A program made the translations under genes and the position numbers. A model generated the notes under the pieces. That model made no database searches. It saw only the letters and a program-made list of their open reading frames with translations, and was not told the DNA's origin. From the IMG/VR virus record IMGVR_UViG_3300020430_000009: a stretch of DNA of 62,277 nt. One strand, given 5' to 3'. This stretch comes from a virus. Below are positions 57,124 to 62,277 of the stretch, one piece after another. Numbering within the stretch: position 1 is the first letter of the stretch; every line of letters starts with the position of its first letter.

Positions 57124-57779
57124 TAGAAAAGTGGAAACAATGGTGTAATCAAAAATTGTCTCAAGAAGGTAAAGCTAGAAAAATAGGAGTATTAGTATCT
57201 GGTGGAGCTGATTCAGCTATGGCTCTATACGTTATATCAAAACACATATTAGATTGTGACAAGAGTAAAAGGTTTAGTAAGTCTATTATAGTACCTATGC
57301 ATGGATGGGACCAAAGAAGAATTAACGTGTACTCTCCTGATTCAGCAAAAGAAGTAATTAAAGTTGTCAAAAAATTATTACCAGAAGCTCCTATAAAAGA
57401 CTTACAAATCTGTGGTTATTACAAAGAGAAAGGAGAAGAAAAAGCTAAATACCATAATCCATTTGCTTATACACTGATGAAAGAAAACGTAATTGACGTT
57501 TATTATTCTGGAAGTACAAAACAACCAGAAAAGCATGTTATGGAAAAATTAAAAATGGAGGATTTGAAAAGAACTGAAGAATTACAGAGTAGAAAAGGAC
57601 CTATGGGTTCTTACACTAAGAGAGAATTAGCTCTGCTTTATAAAGATTATGGTCTTATGGAAGAATTATTTCCAGTCACCGTGTCTTGTATAGGTGATGA
57701 ACCATATCCTTGTAAAAATTGTTGGTGGTGTTTAGAAAAACACGATGCATTTGGAATGTTTGATGGTGGCGTTAAATGA
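57120..57779 (+). CDS. QueC-like PP-loop ATPase
   Basis: SGGADSA PP-loop; SC...PCKNCWWC Zn site. Confidence 0.7.
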   Translation: MIEKWKQWCNQKLSQEGKARKIGVLVSGGADSAMALYVISKHILDCDKSKRFSKSIIVPMHGWDQRRINVYSPDSAKEVIKVVKKLLPEAPIKDLQICGYYKEKGEEKAKYHNPFAYTLMKENVIDVYYSGSTKQPEKHVMEKLKMEDLKRTEELQSRKGPMGSYTKRELALLYKDYGLMEELFPVTVSCIGDEPYPCKNCWWCLEKHDAFGMFDGGVK

Positions 57780-58522
57780 TTCATATATTAACTCTTAAAG
57801 TCGGTGACAAATATAGCTCTCAGTATATTAACAATCTTTACAGAGGTATTAAAAAAAATTCTACAGTGGATTTTAAGATGTATTGCTACACCGAAGATCC
57901 AAAAGATATAATTGACGACGTACAAATAATTACACTGGCTAATCCAAATTTATTAAAGTTACAATGGCACAAAATAGAATTTCATTCTAAAAACTTCGCT
58001 AAAATTAAAAATGGAGAACGCTGCTTGATACTTGACATTGATTGGATTATCACTGGTAATTTAGATGAAATATTAAGCTTTGATCTTAAACCTGGGCATT
58101 TTGGCTGCTTTGAAAGATGGTGGTCTAACAGACTCGAATGGTGTAGTATAAATGGTGGTTTTCAAATGTATAGAATGGGAGAAACAGATTATCTCTATAA
58201 AATATTTTTTGCTGATCCAGAATATTGGCAGGAAAGATTTATTAAGTTAGGAGAAGCTGAACCACCGGTTAATGGAGAACAAAATTTTGTAGATCTAATA
58301 ATTGGACCAGAAAGACACTGGTTTCCAAAACAATGGTTTGCCAAGTATCATGAGCCAGAAATGGAAAAGATCGAAAAAAATTGGATAAAAAGAGTAAGTC
58401 CTAATCCATTGTTAATAGATGGTGAGTGGGACGACGATATTAAGATGATTCACTTTTCAAACGCAAAAAACATTATAGAAAATTCTAGTGAGTCTTGGAT
58501 CGAAGAGTTCTGGCCCGTGTAA
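57776..58522 (+). CDS. GT-A fold glycosyltransferase
   Basis: LKVGDKYS, WHKI, ILDID, GEQNF and MIHF motifs; paralog of 55735-56490. Confidence 0.7.
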   Translation: MIHILTLKVGDKYSSQYINNLYRGIKKNSTVDFKMYCYTEDPKDIIDDVQIITLANPNLLKLQWHKIEFHSKNFAKIKNGERCLILDIDWIITGNLDEILSFDLKPGHFGCFERWWSNRLEWCSINGGFQMYRMGETDYLYKIFFADPEYWQERFIKLGEAEPPVNGEQNFVDLIIGPERHWFPKQWFAKYHEPEMEKIEKNWIKRVSPNPLLIDGEWDDDIKMIHFSNAKNIIENSSESWIEEFWPV

Positions 58523-59240
58523 AATCATGTTCTGCATGATACCACTTTTCTGGTCTCCATCTAATGTTTTGACTATCTTGTTCTGTGCTTACCCATTCAG
58601 GACTTGGTGGAAGAATGTGCCGTGCATTCTTATGATCTCCGTATCTAGATGATTTAAGTAATCTGAAACATATATTGTTATCTAAAGCCATTTTTTTAGC
58701 TTTTTCTATCTCATGTTCGTTATGTTTAAAAACTATAAATTGCCATTCTACCATCATGTTTCTTCTTCCAGCCTCTACCATTGCGTTAAAAGACTGTTCA
58801 AAACTTCCGTTAACTCTGTATATTTCATGCGTTTGTTGGCTTGCTCCGTCGACTCCAAATACCCAATTAGTAATTGATCTTTGAGTTAAATCAAAAGCGT
58901 TATTCCACCAATCCATTGACTTGCCACTTCCATTAGTAGCTATTGTTACTAGATGATTAGGGCATTGTTGTTTTCTTATTTCAAGTAATCTTAAAAAATT
59001 TTTATGGTATATTGGATCACTAAGCTGACCACAAAAATTTAATCTCTTAAAAAATTTTAAGACCTTATCGTAAGCTTCATAAGATAGATCTTGAGAACTT
59101 TTTACTTTTGGCTTAGCGTTATCTCGCTGTCTCATACAAAAAGGACACTGTAGTCTACATCTAAATGTAGTATCAATGTTGACATTAGCAGAAGTTCTTT
59201 GAGCTGTAATATAGTCACCGTAAAATTTATCGAATTTCAT
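58485..59240 (-). CDS. radical SAM enzyme
   Basis: CRLQCPFC (CxxxCxxC), TNG, FGVDG and YRVNG motifs. Confidence 0.85.
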   Translation of the reverse strand: MKFDKFYGDYITAQRTSANVNIDTTFRCRLQCPFCMRQRDNAKPKVKSSQDLSYEAYDKVLKFFKRLNFCGQLSDPIYHKNFLRLLEIRKQQCPNHLVTIATNGSGKSMDWWNNAFDLTQRSITNWVFGVDGASQQTHEIYRVNGSFEQSFNAMVEAGRRNMMVEWQFIVFKHNEHEIEKAKKMALDNNICFRLLKSSRYGDHKNARHILPPSPEWVSTEQDSQNIRWRPEKWYHAEHDFTRARTLRSKTH

Positions 59241-59571
59241 TGCCAGCACCTTTAGGTAATGCCTTCGAACATTTTATCTTACATCTTTCTGGAGCATCGT
59301 ATGGAGCTTCTAACAACACTCTATGAAAATGTTTCCACTCTTCTGAATTTACTATATCGTCTATTGTATCATTGTTTTGAATCTTCAAGTGTTCTCTTCT
59401 CATGTAAGTTATACCGTTTCTTTCATTATCTCTATCGGTCATGTCTAGCCAACAACACGGAAGTAAAAAATCGTCAGCAGAAACTGCTAGTCCTTTAATG
59501 CTATTATTTTTTATGATATTGCCATCTTCATTTTTCCAATAAGGATGACACCTCGGGTATAACTTTTTCAT
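59227..59571 (-). CDS. stand-alone SPASM/twitch-like Fe-S domain
   Basis: C...AVSADDFLLPCCW...CKIKC. Confidence 0.65.
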   Translation of the reverse strand: MKKLYPRCHPYWKNEDGNIIKNNSIKGLAVSADDFLLPCCWLDMTDRDNERNGITYMRREHLKIQNNDTIDDIVNSEEWKHFHRVLLEAPYDAPERCKIKCSKALPKGAGNEIR

Positions 59572-59580
59572 AATACTATA

Positions 59581-59632
59581 TATAAATAGCTTATAAATAG
59601 TATTACGATAAGAGTTTAAGATCGTATAAATA
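59581..59632 (+). promoter_or_regulatory. three tandem T4-type late promoters
   Basis: TATAAATA at 59581, 59592 and 59625. Confidence 0.75.
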
Positions 59633-59660
59633 GATTAAAGAATCGTATGGAATTTGTTTA

Positions 59661-60011
59661 ATGGCACAGTTCGAAGAAATCACTATAGATCAAGGGGCGG
59701 ATGCGACTATCCAACTCGAATTAATTAATCAAGATGGATCGGCTAAAAATTTAGTTAACCACGCAATAGCAGCTAAATTAAAAAAAAATTATAGTGATAG
59801 TAGCGGAGAAGCCACTGCTTTCACTACCGCAGTAACCGATGCTACTTCTGGGCTGGCAAGTTTATCGTTAACAAATACTCAGACTGATTCTTTGAAAGCA
59901 GGTAGATATGTCTACGATGTCGAATTATCTTTTGTAGACAGTGGAGGTGCTACCATTATTGAAAGAGTTTTAGAGGGTAGAATTACAGTAACCCCATCAG
60001 TAACGAGGTAG
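59661..60011 (+). CDS. virion structural protein (Ig/BppU-like adaptor)
   Basis: IDQGAD...GRYVYDV...RVLEGRITVTPSVT. Confidence 0.7.
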   Translation: MAQFEEITIDQGADATIQLELINQDGSAKNLVNHAIAAKLKKNYSDSSGEATAFTTAVTDATSGLASLSLTNTQTDSLKAGRYVYDVELSFVDSGGATIIERVLEGRITVTPSVTR

Positions 60012-60013
60012 AG

Positions 60014-60268
60014 ATGGTAAAGGTTGGAGTTAGCGGCGTAACTGTTAAAAGTGTAAAGGCAGCCGGAGTAAGAACGGTAGTCAAAAGAGTTACAGTTGGT
60101 AAACCATTAAAGAATGTCTCGTCCGGTGCTTTCAACATAGATAATCTAGGTGGAGTAAACACAACAACAAAAACAGATGGAGCCGCATTGATATTTAATA
60201 CCACAACTGGTGATTTTGAAGCTACCACACAATTAGAAAAACAAACGGTTAATGGAGGCCACTTCTAA
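60014..60268 (+). CDS. small virion protein
   Basis: ends in VNGGHF, like neighbouring fibre proteins. Confidence 0.6.
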   Translation: MVKVGVSGVTVKSVKAAGVRTVVKRVTVGKPLKNVSSGAFNIDNLGGVNTTTKTDGAALIFNTTTGDFEATTQLEKQTVNGGHF

Positions 60269-61764
60269 TGGCATCAACAATAAGAATTAAAAGATCGAGT
60301 AGTAGCGGATCACCTACCAGTCTAAGACAAGGTGAACTCGCGTATTCGTTTTCTAGTGGAACCGGCGGTAATAGACTATACATTGGTACTGGAACTGAAG
60401 ATTCTACTGGAGCGGCAGCCTCGATAGATCAAATTGGCGGTAAACATTTTACCGACTTACTTGATCATACCCCAGGAACACTTACTGCATCAAGTGGTAT
60501 TATCACGGATGCATCTAGTAAAATTGATAATCTTAAAGTCGATAATCTCGACCTTAATGGAAACACACTAAGTACTACGAATACTAATGGCGACCTCATA
60601 CTCGATCCTAACGGAGCTGGTAAAGTTGATGTCAATACCTCCATTATTTCAAACGTCACAGATCCCGCAAGTGCTCAAGACGCCGCCACTAAAAATTACG
60701 TAGACACTAACTTAAATAACAAGTCATTAGATCTCGCAGCAGATTCTGGTACAACACATTCTCTTAGTCTTTTAAACTCTGACCTGACTCTTACGGGCGG
60801 AGCTGGAATAGACACGTTTGTTAATAGACATGCTATAAGAATTAATATAACAGAAACTGGAGTAACAGCTGGAAGTTATGGTTCAGCTACTCAGATCCCA
60901 ACATTTACAGTCAATGGTAGAGGTCAACTTACAGCAGCTGGTGTAGCGAACGTAGCCACGCAGTTAGCTATCACCGGTGATGTCGGTGGAGTAGATTCAG
61001 TTGACTTACTGACAGATACACTCACGTTCCAAGGTGGTACTAATATAAACACCGTTATCGCTGATAACAGAGTAGTAACACACTTAGACTCAAACGTAAC
61101 TGGATTATCCTCTTTAACAGTTGATAATTTAAAGTTAGATGGTAATACATTAAGCACCACTGACAGTGCTGGATTCTTATTTATTAATCCATTTCCTGTC
61201 GGAGATTCTGGTGAAGTTGTAATCCTTGGTAACTTAAAAGTTGAAGGTACAACAACCACAGTTAATTCAACAACAGTTTCAATAAATGATAAGAACTTAG
61301 TACTAGCTGATTCGGCTGCAGACTCCGCTGAAGCTAACGACGCTGGTATTACAATAAATGGTCCACCAATAAAGCCGACTATCTTATATAAGGCCACAAC
61401 AGATACTTGGGAACTTAGCAAAAAATTTACTACACCTTCTGGTTCAGTTCCTAACCTTATCGATAATTATAACACGGACCATCTAGGTGAAGGTTCTACA
61501 AATCTATACTTTACTAATGAAAGAGTAGACGATCGATTAAACAACCTCTTGCTAGCAGGTGAAGGAATTGATCTTACATATGATGATGCTGGAAACAGTC
61601 TAACAATTGCTGGAGAACTTGCTTCATTAACTAACCCAGGTGTTGCTTCATTTGGTGGTTTTGCTGATGGAGATTCTGCTGGTGCAACTGGAACTTTAAG
61701 ACAGTTCCAAGTTTCAGCTGCTGGTAACGTTTGGATTGCGGCCATTGACGGAGGCACGTACTAA
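60268..61764 (+). CDS. tail fibre / virion appendage protein
   Basis: IRIKRS...GELAY, DAATKNYVD, VEGTTTTVNST and C-terminal IDGGTY motifs. Confidence 0.8.
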   Translation: MASTIRIKRSSSSGSPTSLRQGELAYSFSSGTGGNRLYIGTGTEDSTGAAASIDQIGGKHFTDLLDHTPGTLTASSGIITDASSKIDNLKVDNLDLNGNTLSTTNTNGDLILDPNGAGKVDVNTSIISNVTDPASAQDAATKNYVDTNLNNKSLDLAADSGTTHSLSLLNSDLTLTGGAGIDTFVNRHAIRINITETGVTAGSYGSATQIPTFTVNGRGQLTAAGVANVATQLAITGDVGGVDSVDLLTDTLTFQGGTNINTVIADNRVVTHLDSNVTGLSSLTVDNLKLDGNTLSTTDSAGFLFINPFPVGDSGEVVILGNLKVEGTTTTVNSTTVSINDKNLVLADSAADSAEANDAGITINGPPIKPTILYKATTDTWELSKKFTTPSGSVPNLIDNYNTDHLGEGSTNLYFTNERVDDRLNNLLLAGEGIDLTYDDAGNSLTIAGELASLTNPGVASFGGFADGDSAGATGTLRQFQVSAAGNVWIAAIDGGTY

Positions 61765-61769
61765 TATTT

Positions 61770-61805
61770 GATGCCTGAGTTATTACTCGTATGGCGTCCT
61801 TTTTT
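61770..61805 (+). terminator. possible rho-independent terminator
   Basis: GATGCC/GGCGTC plus GAGT/ACTC bulged hairpin followed by a T tract. Confidence 0.5.
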
Positions 61806-61816
61806 AAGGGTTGACG

Positions 61817-62277
61817 ATGACGTCTATTAAACTAAAGAAGTCTTCCGTTGCTGGGAAGATTCCTACCGATTCAGATCTCGCGCACGGCGAACTTGCCATC
61901 AACTTCCAAGATGGTAAGCTTTTCTACAAAGATGCTTCAAATAATGTCAAAGCGTTTATAGATTCAGCTGCGGTTGGCTCTTTAATTACTGCTGGGCAAG
62001 GGCTAGACTCTGATGGAGTTAAGTCCGTACACTTTGGTGATAACGAATCACTTAAGTTTGGTAATGACAGTGATTTTACGATCACTCACACGCCTAATAG
62101 AACCGTACTACATGATGCAGGTACCGGGGAAATTATGGTTCGTACAAATCAGTTTAGAATTAGAAACCCTGGCAATACTGAAACACTTGCTAAGTTCGTA
62201 CAAGATGGAGCGTCAGAACTTTATCACAATAATTCAAAAAAAATAGAGACAAAAACAACTGGTGCTACAGTTACCGG
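61817..62277 (+). CDS. tail fibre protein, partial (runs off the window end; not in ORF track)
   Basis: MTSIKLKKSSVAGKIP...GELAINFQDGKLFYK; open to the window end. Confidence 0.8.
   Translation, partial: MTSIKLKKSSVAGKIPTDSDLAHGELAINFQDGKLFYKDASNNVKAFIDSAAVGSLITAGQGLDSDGVKSVHFGDNESLKFGNDSDFTITHTPNRTVLHDAGTGEIMVRTNQFRIRNPGNTETLAKFVQDGASELYHNNSKKIETKTTGATVT

Noticed and set aside
62013-62246. 77-aa ORF in the ORF track
   Set aside because: Out-of-frame overlap with the real fibre gene that starts at 61817.
52990-62277. Diversity-generating retroelement acting on fibre genes
   Set aside because: No reverse transcriptase and no template/variable repeat pair with adenine-specific mismatches seen.

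Overview
A 62 kb, AT-rich segment of a large lytic T4-like myovirus genome. The gene content resembles uncultured marine T4-like phages, and an overlapping i-/o-spanin pair implies a Gram-negative host. From left to right: basic putative head/internal proteins and spanins (0-7 kb); class II ribonucleotide reductase, GIY-YIG-like protein, RNase H, DenV-like glycosylase, PhoH and an exonuclease (7-16 kb); a sugar-modification operon containing a RuBisCO-like protein, a nucleotidyltransferase and several glycosyl-/methyltransferases (15.9-22.9 kb); small early genes behind sigma70-type promoters, a candidate pseudoknotted ncRNA and tRNA-Arg(TCT) (22.9-25.6 kb); gp33 and gp32; the tail/baseplate module (tape measure-like, gp51/gp26, gp54, gp2, gp4, gp48, gp53, gp27-like, a split gp5, gp25, gp6, gp7-, gp9- and gp8-like, VrlC-like; 28-54 kb); a second modification cassette (glycosyltransferases, oxygenase-like, methyltransferase, QueC-like, radical SAM plus a separate SPASM-like gene; 54-59.6 kb); and tail-fibre genes. 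Three observations stand out. (1) A D-S-(A/D) tripeptide is strongly enriched in outer baseplate and fibre proteins but nearly absent from inner and cytoplasmic proteins, suggesting a phage-encoded sequon-directed virion O-glycosylation system. (2) A non-carboxylating form IV RuBisCO-like protein sits inside the sugar-nucleotide operon. (3) A textbook -1 frameshift signal (U UUU UUA, 6-nt spacer, 10-bp stem) would fuse gp26 to gp51 just upstream of the tape measure-like gene, as in lambda gpG/gpGT. All family assignments come from motif recognition by eye; no database searches were run.
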